A DNA stretch of 63,990 nucleotides, filler included. It is 9 parts of 9 records of this genome, joined end to end, with 100 filler letters (N's around TTAATTAATTAA, not from the genome) between each part and the next. Parts side by side here need not be neighbours in the genome. Positions count along the whole stretch, not along the records: positions 1 to 9,172 come from SRR31147125_59029; 8 more parts are not named here. The stretch is one strand, 5' to 3'. The position numbers and the translations under genes were made by a program. Below the pieces are notes generated by a model that saw nothing but the letters and a program-made list of their open reading frames with translations, was not told the origin of the DNA and searched no databases. Positions within the stretch are counted from its first letter, which is position 1. Every line of letters starts with the position of its first letter. Below are positions 1 to 9,272 of this stretch, piece by piece.

Positions 1-756
1 ACCAACCGGCTCAATAATTACAGCTGCTGTGCCGCCTCTAAATTTATTACGTCTAAGTTTTCTTTCTAAGTCTTTTAAATCATTTGGGAAAAATTCTTGT
101 GTGTGTTTAAATACAAATTTAGGAACACCGTGAGCTTGCATATGTTTTGTTCCAGGTATTCTGATGCCGTATGCCAACTGATCAGACCAGCCATGGTATG
201 CTCCGCCCATCTTAATTATATTCTTATTTTTTGTTGCCAATCTAGCTACACGGATTGCAGCCATGCATCCTTCAGTCCCTGAACCTAACATACGAAACAT
301 ATCAACTGATTCCATATTGTCTGCTATTTTCTTTGCTAACCTATACTCGTATTCGTGGAATAATCCAGTTGAAGAATCGCAGTAATCAATAAGCTCCATA
401 GTCTTTTCTTTTACTTCTTTAGGATTGCTTCCTAAAACTGTATATCCGCCTGCCTGTAAAAAGTCATAATATTTATTTCCGTCAATATCATATAGAAATG
501 CGCCCTCTGCTTTATCAAAAACAAGCGGGAATGGATGGTTAAATGCAAGATTGTGTTGAACGCCTCCTGGAATATAATCAACGGCCTTTGAAATCATTTC
601 CTTTGATTTAGTACATTTTTTATTAAAAAAGTTTTCTTCGTAATCTTTTAGCTTATCTTTGCTAATTGAATAGATAGGTTTTTCTATTAGTTCATCTAAC
701 TTTTTAGTAATCTCTTCTGCATTTGGATATTTGCTTATAGAATAATTTTTTGACAT
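1..756 (-). CDS. Class III PLP-dependent aminotransferase (HemL/GSA-AT-like), 3' end cut by window edge; absent from the ORF track
   Basis: Manual translation from the ATG at 756 (RBS TAAGGAG): MSKNYSISKYPNAEE...IPGGVQHNLAFNHPFPLVFDKAEGAFLYDIDGNKYYDFLQAGG...FRMLGSGTEGCMAAIRVAR...GGAYHGWSD. These are class III aminotransferase motifs. Confidence 0.88.
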   Translation of the reverse strand, partial: MSKNYSISKYPNAEEITKKLDELIEKPIYSISKDKLKDYEENFFNKKCTKSKEMISKAVDYIPGGVQHNLAFNHPFPLVFDKAEGAFLYDIDGNKYYDFLQAGGYTVLGSNPKEVKEKTMELIDYCDSSTGLFHEYEYRLAKKIADNMESVDMFRMLGSGTEGCMAAIRVARLATKNKNIIKMGGAYHGWSDQLAYGIRIPGTKHMQAHGVPKFVFKHTQEFFPNDLKDLERKLRRNKFRGGTAAVIIEPVG

Positions 757-789
757 GATTTTTCTCCTTATGACTTTAATTTATATGTT

Positions 790-809
790 GTGAGTGAGTG
801 TTCGCTCAC
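790..809. promoter_or_regulatory. Putative TetR operator (imperfect palindrome GTGAGTGA-GTGT-TCGCTCAC)
   Basis: 8-bp inverted repeat with one mismatch, just downstream of the aminotransferase promoter and between the divergent aminotransferase and TetR genes. Confidence 0.6.
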
Positions 810-819
810 CATTACTTTG

Positions 820-847
820 ATTATAGCATAATATTTCCATATTGCAA
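820..847 (-). promoter_or_regulatory. SigA promoter for the aminotransferase
   Basis: The minus strand reads TTGCAA-N16-TATAAT with an extended -10 TG. Confidence 0.6.
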
Positions 848-960
848 GATATAACCTTAAAACTTACAAAAATATTTTTTTGTTGACTAATTCATATATT
901 TTTCTTAAGTTATGTTAAAAGTGTGTTAGAATATAATCACTAAAAATAATTGGAGATAAA

Positions 961-1626
961 ATGGATTTTAAATCAAGCAAAGCAACTTTTAATCGTATTG
1001 ATGATGAGAAGAAGCGCAATATACTTGCAACTTCTATAGATGAATTTTCAAAAAACGGTTTTAACAGCGCAAATATTAATATAATTGCGGATAAATCAGG
1101 CGTAAGTGTTGGTGCAATGTACAAATATTTTGATAACAAAAGAGCGCTATATTTAACATGTGTTGAATGGGCTATGCTTCATCTTAACACAAAAATTGAA
1201 GAAGTACTCCAAAAAGACAATGACATATTCGTAATGTTTGAAAACATTATAAGAATAATACAGAAATATCAAAAAGAAAACGAAGCTTTTACAAAACTCT
1301 ACTACGAAATGGCAACTGAAAGTAACGCTGAGTATGCTATGTTAATTTCGAGCCAGATAGAGGGATTAACCTCAAATCTTTATGCATCTTATATAGAACA
1401 AGCTCAAAAAAACCAAATAATCAGGCAAGACATTAACCCACGTTATTTTGCATTTCTCATAGACAATATTTTTATGATGCTACAGTTTTCATACAGCTGT
1501 GAATACTACAAAGACAGAATGAAAATATACACCTACGATAATGTATTTGAAGATCAAGAAATCTTAGTTGAACAGGTAATGCTTTTTATTAAGGGAGCTC
1601 TTTGTTACACCGAACCAGAAAAATAA
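961..1626 (+). CDS. TetR/AcrR family transcriptional regulator
   Basis: N-terminal HTH FSKNGFNSANINIIADKSGVSVGAMYKYF; RBS GGAG. Confidence 0.93.
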   Translation: MDFKSSKATFNRIDDEKKRNILATSIDEFSKNGFNSANINIIADKSGVSVGAMYKYFDNKRALYLTCVEWAMLHLNTKIEEVLQKDNDIFVMFENIIRIIQKYQKENEAFTKLYYEMATESNAEYAMLISSQIEGLTSNLYASYIEQAQKNQIIRQDINPRYFAFLIDNIFMMLQFSYSCEYYKDRMKIYTYDNVFEDQEILVEQVMLFIKGALCYTEPEK

Positions 1627-1667
1627 CATCCTTTCAAACATCCAGCATTATTTATAAGTAAATCATA

Positions 1668-1700
1668 AGGGCTATCCCACCCCAAAGTGAGACAGCCCTA
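1668..1700. terminator. Hairpin between convergent genes
   Basis: AGGGCTATCCCAC-cccaaa-GTGAGACAGCCCT, an imperfect stem. Confidence 0.5.
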
Positions 1701-1706
1701 TAAAGT

Positions 1707-2483
1707 TTATTTCTTCTGCGCCCAAATAACTAATCTATTAGTTTTATCAGCAACAGGGTTTCTGTAATGATCACCCCACTGATTCAAGATAGTAAACCCA
1801 GCTTCTTCAACCCATCCTACCATCTGATTAAGTGTAGGAATGTGGTTGACATGCTTGGTCTCTTTAACTAGTTTTTCCCCGTCTTCAGCTGTTAACTCCA
1901 GCCGATTAAGGTTTGTACATATCTGAGTCACACTATCATAAGTCGACCATACATAGGTCATCTGTGCTGATACTCCGTTATCATCTGTACCAAAATCCCT
2001 TATAATTGGTTCACTTCGATTTACGAATCTTTCTTCTGGTATTCTGTAGCAGTCGTTATCCATAATAAAGTACCCACCTGCTTTTAAAGCATTATATGAC
2101 TTTTGAATAAAAGCTTTCTGCGCTTTTTTAGGGTCATCACTGTCTTCAATATTCATTACAATATTTCCAGCCATAATAACTGCATCATAATCATTACCCC
2201 AGTGGGTAGTTATAGCGTTTCCTTTAGTTATGTGAACATTATCTACATCAGATACTTTCTCCATAAGCTTTGCAAGCATATAATTATCCATGTCTATGCC
2301 ATGCATCTCATGTCCCTCTTTTGCAAGTGGAATTAATATTCTTCCTGTACCACAGCAGATTTCTAACACCTTACGTTTTCTACCTTTTAAAAGGTCTATA
2401 AATAGTTCACAATCATAGGTTTGAGTTTCTCGTCTATCGTAGTATTTTGGATACCATTGTTTAAACATATTGTTCTTAAGCAT
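1707..2483 (-). CDS. Class I SAM-dependent methyltransferase
   Basis: Motif I VLEICCGTGR, then GIDMD and a YDAVIM post-II region. Confidence 0.9.
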   Translation of the reverse strand: MLKNNMFKQWYPKYYDRRETQTYDCELFIDLLKGRKRKVLEICCGTGRILIPLAKEGHEMHGIDMDNYMLAKLMEKVSDVDNVHITKGNAITTHWGNDYDAVIMAGNIVMNIEDSDDPKKAQKAFIQKSYNALKAGGYFIMDNDCYRIPEERFVNRSEPIIRDFGTDDNGVSAQMTYVWSTYDSVTQICTNLNRLELTAEDGEKLVKETKHVNHIPTLNQMVGWVEEAGFTILNQWGDHYRNPVADKTNRLVIWAQKK

Positions 2484-2605
2484 ACTATTCTCCTAATATA
2501 ATTTTTATAAAGTACTATTAATTTAGGAAAACACGCTGTAGTATATATTCTTAAGCAAATAATTCTATGCTAATTACATTATTACTTTTATTGCAGAAAT
2601 CGTAT

Positions 2606-2636
2606 ACAAAAATACAAGCAGGTGTAACCACCTGCT
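2606..2636 (-). terminator. Intrinsic terminator/attenuator hairpin in the methyltransferase leader
   Basis: Minus strand AAGCAGGTG-GTTA-CACCTGCTT followed by GTATTTTTG. Confidence 0.65.
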
Positions 2637-2702
2637 TAAAATCAAAATATAAAGTAGCACTATGTTAAGTAACACAAAAAAGCCCTAGTGCTATCGTATT
2701 AC

Positions 2703-2750
2703 CTAAGAATATGAAATTAACAGAGTATTCACCCATGCTTTTTTATTCAT
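2703..2750 (-). CDS. Putative leader peptide MNKKAWVNTLLISYS (15 aa)
   Basis: Strong RBS AAAGGAG, immediately after a consensus promoter and upstream of alternative hairpins and a terminator. Confidence 0.6.
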   Translation of the reverse strand: MNKKAWVNTLLISYS

Positions 2751-2783
2751 ATCAATCATCTCCTTTAAGATGCTACTTTGCAT

Positions 2784-2812
2784 ATTATATTATGTGTGTA
2801 TTCTAATGTCAA
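2784..2812 (-). promoter_or_regulatory. Consensus SigA promoter
   Basis: Minus strand TTGACA-N17-TATAAT, a perfect match. Confidence 0.85.
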
Positions 2813-2821
2813 TATAGATTA

Positions 2822-3124
2822 CTAATCTATCTTTTCTATACTGATTGCATTAACCTGCGCTGGATAGCTTTCCATTACTTCACCAGTGTACTCTACCTTT
2901 ATATTGTCACCTACCTCGAAAGTTTCATCACTTACGCTTAGGTCTATGGAAATCTTATCTGCTGAGCCTCGTATTGACTCATCTTCAAATGGCTCAACTA
3001 TTGCGTTATTACCGTCAACTTCTAGAATCGTTCCTTCAAAAAATACATTCTCTGATTGTTCTTTGCATGCAGTCGTTCCTAATACCAGCAGTGATATTAG
3101 CAAAACTATAAATACCTTTTTCAT
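2822..3124 (-). CDS. Small OB-fold lipoprotein (YobA/DUF3221-like)
   Basis: Lipobox GTTAC; C-terminal VGDNIKVEYTGEVMESYPAQV motif; RBS AGGAGG. Confidence 0.75.
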   Translation of the reverse strand: MKKVFIVLLISLLVLGTTACKEQSENVFFEGTILEVDGNNAIVEPFEDESIRGSADKISIDLSVSDETFEVGDNIKVEYTGEVMESYPAQVNAISIEKID

Positions 3125-3316
3125 ATATTTCCTCCTAAATTAATTACTAATATATTATTAGACTACAAATTTATAATATTAGTTCCGCAAATTATAAACT
3201 TTATTATTAACATAAGTCATTTAATCATTTTTATGATATAATTAAAAAAGGTAGTTGGATTAATAAATTATCTAACATCCTTAAATACTAAACTTGTATA
3301 AAGGCTAGGTATACAA

Positions 3317-4426
3317 ATGAAAAAAGTAGCTATTACTTTAGCTTTAACTATTATATCTATTATTATTTTCAATACAGCTTATGCTGCTGACTTAGAAGGA
3401 ATAAATGTTGAAGTTAAGGTGTTGGAAGTAGAAGATTATGAAGAATATGATGAAGAAACCGACCAAACTCTATACGGACAAAAAGTAAAAATAAAAGTGC
3501 TTACTGATAATCACTTGAAAGATAAGGAATTCAATCTAGATAATGCTTTTGAAGACGATTATTATAAACAAGCCAGAAGCTTACATGTTGGTGACAAAGT
3601 AGGGATGATATTATACATCGGTGAAGAAGGCTGGGTTAATTTTTTCTATATATTAAACAGAAACATTTACCAACATGCAATCTGGTTATCTGCCTTGTTT
3701 TTTGCTTTACTTATTATAATAGGTAGAAAAAAAGGGTTAAAATCTGCTATTTCCTTAGCACTCACTTTAGCTGTTGTTATCTTTGTTATGATTCCCCTAT
3801 TAAAAAACGGATATCCACCAGTACTCATTACTGTACTTTCATGTACTGTTGTAACTATAGTCACGCTTTTAATAGTCGGCGGTATAGGCAGCAAGTCCTA
3901 TTCTGCAATTCTCGGCACTTTGGGGGGCTTATTAGTTGCATGGGTACTATCTGGATTAGTTGCTAATATAGGTAATATGACAGCTATATCAACAACAGAA
4001 GTTGAATTACTTATGTACAACCAATTAGGGATTATATATAAATTACAAGGAATACTAGTAAGCGGAATAATCATAGGCTGCTTAGGGGCAATAATGGACG
4101 TTGCTATGTCAATATCGTCAACCGTGCACGAAGTAAAGAAAGCTAATAATGAATTAACTACAAAAGAATTGTTTAAAGCAGGTATGTCAGTAGGTTGTGA
4201 CATTATAGGTACTATGACAAACACTTTAGTACTAGCCTACACTGGCAGCGCATTAACCATGATATTAGTACAATCAACTTACGATATGCCAATAATAGAA
4301 TTGTTAAACCACGATTTCATATTCGTAGAAGTATTAAGGACTTTGGCAGGTAGTATAGGTATGATCCTAGCTGTTCCATTCACTGCTCTTCTAGCTTCTT
4401 TTATGTCGAAAAAAGAAACTAAGTAA
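3317..4426 (+). CDS. YibE/F family membrane protein
   Basis: GIIIGCLGAIMDVAMSISS, DIIGTMTNTLVLAYTG and GSIGMILAVPFT motifs. Confidence 0.9.
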   Translation: MKKVAITLALTIISIIIFNTAYAADLEGINVEVKVLEVEDYEEYDEETDQTLYGQKVKIKVLTDNHLKDKEFNLDNAFEDDYYKQARSLHVGDKVGMILYIGEEGWVNFFYILNRNIYQHAIWLSALFFALLIIIGRKKGLKSAISLALTLAVVIFVMIPLLKNGYPPVLITVLSCTVVTIVTLLIVGGIGSKSYSAILGTLGGLLVAWVLSGLVANIGNMTAISTTEVELLMYNQLGIIYKLQGILVSGIIIGCLGAIMDVAMSISSTVHEVKKANNELTTKELFKAGMSVGCDIIGTMTNTLVLAYTGSALTMILVQSTYDMPIIELLNHDFIFVEVLRTLAGSIGMILAVPFTALLASFMSKKETK

Positions 4427-4453
4427 TATACAATTAAATATAAATTCTATAAC

Positions 4454-4488
4454 AAAAAGTGTCTATCTAAAATAGAAGACACTTTTTT
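4454..4488 (+). terminator. Bidirectional intrinsic terminator
   Basis: AAAAAGTGTCT...AGACACTTTTTT. Confidence 0.7.
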
Positions 4489-4589
4489 AAATGAGTCTTA
4501 CATTGCTTAGCCAAATAATGTAACGTATATTCTTTTTATATTAATAAATACTACTAATAATATAAACTCAAAAAGAAAAAGGTGACTAT

Positions 4590-4751
4590 ATGGCAAAAGC
4601 AGGAATGAGACGACCGGATCCAAAAGAACCTCACGGTACAGAAAGCAATCGCAAAACACATATCCCAAAAAATGATTATCCACCAGTTGAAGAGATACAA
4701 GGTAAAGCTAAATCTGGCAAGGAAAAAGCAAAACCTAAAAATAAAGGTTAA
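4590..4751 (+). CDS. Small basic hypothetical protein, 53 aa (MAKAGMRRPDPKEPHGTESNRKTHIPKNDYPPVEEIQGKAKSGKEKAKPKNKG)
   Basis: RBS AAGGTGA, clean ORF, downstream hairpin; below the ORF-track length cutoff. Confidence 0.65.
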   Translation: MAKAGMRRPDPKEPHGTESNRKTHIPKNDYPPVEEIQGKAKSGKEKAKPKNKG

Positions 4752-4955
4752 ATGCTGAGTTAAAATGCAAAAGAAATTAAACTCAGTATTGCCGTTATTT
4801 ATTATAGCTATGTATTATGCAACAACACATTACGAGAGCATTTTCCTTTAGATATAGTTTATCTTTAACCATAAGTTAATAAAGGAATATGCGATAGAAT
4901 GTGTGCCGCATATAGATAGCAGTGTCACAAAGAGAATAATATATCTATATGTATT

Positions 4956-5402
4956 TTACACACTCCCTATCTCCGACAAAGTATAGTTTTTATCTCCCTT
5001 GTCAGAAATATCCTCCGCCGCTTTAAGCGCTAACTCAACATACTTTTTCTTGTTCTCATCATCACCTAGTACTTTGTAAGCCCTTGCAACTGCTTCATAG
5101 CCAAAAGCTAAATCAAAATCCTTTATATCATTTTTTATACACAAATCCAGACTTGCCTTAGCATGATACATTGCACTTTCGCTCATATTTAATAATGAAT
5201 AAACTCTGGAAACCTGCCATTCGCCTCTTGCAAACTCAAGTGGTGTACCTATTTGCATCCAATGATAAAGTGATGCATGAGCTGTATGTAACATCAATCT
5301 GTTTTCTTCTTCACTTCTATCATTGTTATCTATTAAATTCCATGTTGCATTAAAACAATCAACAGCAAGTTTTCTATGAATTTTATTTTGTTCTTCAGTC
5401 AT
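4956..5402 (-). CDS. Conserved hypothetical helical (TPR-like) protein
   Basis: RBS AAGGAG; AHASLYHW and ARGEWQVSRVY motifs; all-helical composition. Confidence 0.75.
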   Translation of the reverse strand: MTEEQNKIHRKLAVDCFNATWNLIDNNDRSEEENRLMLHTAHASLYHWMQIGTPLEFARGEWQVSRVYSLLNMSESAMYHAKASLDLCIKNDIKDFDLAFGYEAVARAYKVLGDDENKKKYVELALKAAEDISDKGDKNYTLSEIGSV

Positions 5403-5538
5403 TATTATTCTCCTTAATTTTTTATAAACTGTAGTATATATATTAATTATACTACTTAATTAAGCAAAGTACTATAAATAAGTATTAGTAATATGTATGG
5501 TTTTTATCAATAAAGGAAAAATAGATATAGGAGGTAAC

Positions 5539-6546
5539 ATGGATAAATTCACACCAGAAAAAGTCTTTTATGAGCTAAAAGCAGTTGATTATCCTCAAGG
5601 TAAGCAATTAATAGATAAATATAAATATCAAGGCATTCCATGCTCTATAATATCAGCACATCATAATATACAAGAACATAGACAGATGAATGATGATCAA
5701 TTTGTCAATATGAAAAAATATCTTATTATTGGTACTCGTAAAACACAAAAATTTGTACCTAATGAAAAGATATCTGACTATCTAGTTCCCTTTACATCAT
5801 CAGGATGTCCAGCAATATGTACATACTGTTATTTAGTTTGTAATTTTTTTAAATGCTCATATCTAAGAGTGTTTGTAAATAGAGAAAAACTACTTGATAG
5901 ACTAATAAAAAAATCCTTAGAGGAAAAAGATAAAGTATACGAAATAGGCTCAAACAGCGATTTAATTATAGAAGATACAGTAACTAATAACCTGTCTTGG
6001 ACTATAACTAACTTTGCAAAGCGAGGAGAAGGGATGATAACTTTTCCAACAAAATTTGCTATGGTAGATAAACTATTACCTCTTGAACACATGGGTAAAT
6101 GTATAGTTAGAATGAGCCTTAACCCAGAAATGATCGTAAGGAAATCGGAGCTTTTAACATCATCATTAGATGAAAGAATATCCGCTATTATTAAATTACA
6201 TGAAGCAGGCTATCCTGTAGGCATATTAATAGCCCCTGTCATTATAATAGATGATTACCTTAAACTATATGAAGAGCTACTTATCCGCTTAGCTGATGAG
6301 CTGCCTATAAAGCTAAAAGAAAACCTAGGTATAGAAGTAATATTTATGACTTATTCCCAAGCTCACATTACCATCAATTCAGCATCATTGCCAAATGCTT
6401 TTAATGTGTTTAACAAGGAGATTATGAAGTATGGTTTTAGGGGGAAATACCGCTACAAAAAGGATGTACTTGTTCAAGCACAAGCAGATATAGAAAGGTT
6501 GATTAATATACATCTACCAGAGTGTAATATAGTATATATTTGTTAG
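5539..6546 (+). CDS. splB: Spore photoproduct lyase family radical SAM protein
   Basis: GCPAICTYCYL (CxxxCxxC), YEIGSNSD, ITFPTKF, RMSLNP and GYPVGILIAPVI motifs; RBS GGAGG favours a start at 5539. Confidence 0.8.
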   Translation: MDKFTPEKVFYELKAVDYPQGKQLIDKYKYQGIPCSIISAHHNIQEHRQMNDDQFVNMKKYLIIGTRKTQKFVPNEKISDYLVPFTSSGCPAICTYCYLVCNFFKCSYLRVFVNREKLLDRLIKKSLEEKDKVYEIGSNSDLIIEDTVTNNLSWTITNFAKRGEGMITFPTKFAMVDKLLPLEHMGKCIVRMSLNPEMIVRKSELLTSSLDERISAIIKLHEAGYPVGILIAPVIIIDDYLKLYEELLIRLADELPIKLKENLGIEVIFMTYSQAHITINSASLPNAFNVFNKEIMKYGFRGKYRYKKDVLVQAQADIERLINIHLPECNIVYIC

Positions 6547-6700
6547 TTATATCATTTATTTATCTTACTAACATAATTTATTGTTTGCTAATTCATTTAT
6601 ATTTGATATAGATTTAAATTAGGTAAAATGATTGTTAAATACAGAAATATTACTAATCTTTTGTGCTATAATAATTCAATATATTTAACGAGAGGTGTGT

Positions 6701-7453
6701 ATGGATTTTTTTAGTGCAGAGCCTATAAATTTGGTTTTAACTCCCTATGATATTATGCATAAATCAGCAATAGTCGTTTTTTTAGTATCAATATTTTTGA
6801 TAATAGTATTTAGAAGGGAAATAGCAGATTGGAAATATGAAAAGCACTTAAGATATTCTATCACCATCTTAGCAATAGTCATGGAAACAGTATTTAGAGT
6901 ATGGAAGCATTTTACACAAGAAGGTACAATTTTAACCGTTAACCTGCCCCTTCATCTGTGTGCAATCTCTTTAACATTATGCTGGATATTGATGTTGTTT
7001 AAAAAGCAATGGGCATTTAAACTAGTCTATTTTTATGCAATAGGTGCAATAATATCAATGTTCGTTGCCGATAGTGGAGGATTTGGTGTAAACCATTTTA
7101 GGTATTATCAGTATTTTTATATCCATGGCTATATAGTATTTACACCTATTTACTTTATTGCAGTTCATAAATTTAAAATTGTTTTTAAAGACCTCGTTAA
7201 AGCAATCATGGTTTTAGTAGCTATTTTCTGCTTTGTAATGCCAATAGATTATTTCTTGGGTGCAAATTATATGTACCTTATGCACAAACCGCCAGTAGCA
7301 TCTCCTCTCGATTTGCTATATCCATGGCCTCAATACATATTAGGCATGGTAATAATTGCATTGTGCACTTTCACATTATTTTATATACCTTGGATAATTG
7401 TAAATAGAAAACATGCAGTAATAAATAAAGAAAATAAAAAAATGGCTGCATAG
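6701..7453 (+). CDS. YwaF/TMEM164-family integral membrane protein
   Basis: LPLHLC, HFRYYQYFYIHG and GANYMYLMHKP...PWPQY motifs. Confidence 0.85.
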   Translation: MDFFSAEPINLVLTPYDIMHKSAIVVFLVSIFLIIVFRREIADWKYEKHLRYSITILAIVMETVFRVWKHFTQEGTILTVNLPLHLCAISLTLCWILMLFKKQWAFKLVYFYAIGAIISMFVADSGGFGVNHFRYYQYFYIHGYIVFTPIYFIAVHKFKIVFKDLVKAIMVLVAIFCFVMPIDYFLGANYMYLMHKPPVASPLDLLYPWPQYILGMVIIALCTFTLFYIPWIIVNRKHAVINKENKKMAA

Positions 7454-7475
7454 ACGTAAATATATAAATTCAGCA

Positions 7476-7811
7476 TGTACTGAAAATGACAAGTTATTTA
7501 TAATCGACTGGATGACTACATGCTCTGGACATCCTGCTGGCGATATTGCAAGATTGATGTTAATGATGAACAGTCCATACATAACAAGTCCTATGCCTTT
7601 TTTCAAAAAACAAATCGTGAAGGTTTTGTTGAATAAATATAATAAAAATTTTCTTGAAACTTACATTAAATTGGTGGATTTTAATGAGGGTATAATAGAG
7701 AAATTTATACTTCCTGTTGCAGCAGTTAGGTTAGAAGAAAAATTTGAATATGAAAAACCATGGCTTTTAAATATTGTAAGCCAAAGAATAAAGCAGATTG
7801 ACAATAATTAA
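7476..7811 (+). pseudogene. C-terminal remnant of an APH/choline-kinase-family phosphotransferase
   Basis: In-frame FIIDWMTTCSGHPAGDIAR (IDW...G.P..D motif); no N-terminal lobe and no HxD motif. Confidence 0.6.
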
Positions 7812-7997
7812 TTATGTTGCATCAAAATAACTTAAATATATACTGATATATTCCACTAAATTAATCCAATGTAATATATTTCTTTATTTTATCTTTATGA
7901 ACCACTATATCAATTTGCAATTTATAAAAAGTATGATAACATTGTAATGTTGTAGCAAAAATAATAAGTACACTTAAATCATATTTGGGAGGTCATT

Positions 7998-8141
7998 ATG
8001 ACTTGGGGTTTACTAGGAGTTGTAGCATTAGCCTATGCAGGTACATGGTACTTCGTATTGCGCTCTAGAAATATAATAGAAAAAATCAGCAAAAGCGAAT
8101 ACAAAAACAGCAGGGATATAGTTAACAATCTAAAATTATAA
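7998..8141 (+). CDS. Small single-TM protein, 47 aa (MTWGLLGVVALAYAGTWYFVLRSRNIIEKISKSEYKNSRDIVNNLKL)
   Basis: Strong RBS GGGAGG; hydrophobic N-terminus; lies 47 nt upstream of the permease. Confidence 0.65.
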   Translation: MTWGLLGVVALAYAGTWYFVLRSRNIIEKISKSEYKNSRDIVNNLKL

Positions 8142-8188
8142 TTACTTTATGGCGTAAAAATATATAGCCACACGGAGAATACGGATTT

Positions 8189-9172
8189 ATGAAAAAAAAT
8201 AACACTACTAATAATACACAGCAGGAATTATCCCGTGAGCTTGGATTGTTTCAGTTAACCATGATGGGCGCTGGCATGATGATAGGTGCTGGCGTGTTTG
8301 TGGCAACTGGCATTGCCATCGGCAAAGCAGGAACTGGCGGAATACTTTTAGCATTTGCATTAAATGGACTTATTGCAATATTTACAGCAATGAGTTTTGC
8401 CGAATTATGCTCAGCAATACCAGCGGCCGGCGGAGCATACTCTTATGTTAAAAAGGCATTCGGGGGAATGATAGGTTTTATATCTGGTTGGATGAACTGG
8501 TTTGCACTTGCCGTCGCAGGCAGCTTATATGCCATTACCTTTTCAGAATACACTTTGCACTTGTTAGAATCATTTGAGTTTTTCCACGCACTTAATTTAA
8601 ATATGCACCTTGCTGTCAAAGTATTAGCAGTACTTATTGCACTTGTTTTTATTGCAATTAACTATAAGGGCGTAAAAGACACAGGAAAATCATCAACAAT
8701 TATAGCATTAGGTCAAACAGTTACCTTGCTGATTATAGGAATTTTGGGTGTAGTTGTAGCTTTGAAAAAGCCTGAACAATTGCTAAATTTCCAGCCATTT
8801 TTACGGGACGGCCGAGCAGGAGTTTTAATAGCCATGGGCTTTACCTATGTGGGCTTTGAAGGCTTCGAGGTAATAGGTCATGCAGGCGAGGAAGCTATAG
8901 ACCCCAAAAAGAACATACCGAAAGCTATTTTATACGCAGTAATAGTAGTAGTGTCAACCTATTTGATGGTTGCTTTTGCAGCAGTAGTTGGAATAACAAA
9001 CCAAGGTATGGGCGTAGCTGAATGGTTTGCAATGCACGGAACTACAGGCTTTGCTGATTCAATTCAAATGCTTTTCCCTATAGGCGGAATGTTGCTTGTG
9101 ACCTTAGCTGCTATATTTTCATCAACATCTGCACTAAATGCCACACTGTTTTCATCAGCACGTGTTTCATTC
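8189..9172 (+). CDS. APC-family amino acid permease (truncated at contig end)
   Basis: GMMIGAGVF, FAELCSAIPAAGGAYSY and GFEGFE...EEAIDPKKNIPKAI motifs. Confidence 0.93.
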
Positions 9173-9272
9173 NNNNNNNNNNNNNNNNNNNNNNNNNNNN
9201 NNNNNNNNNNNNNNNNTTAATTAATTAANNNNNNNNNNNNNNNNNNNNNNNNNNNNNNNNNNNNNNNNNNNN
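9173..9272. other. Artificial contig spacer (first of eight; the others are listed in the summary)
   Basis: N44-TTAATTAATTAA-N44 puts stops in all six frames; gene content and composition change across each spacer. Confidence 0.97.
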
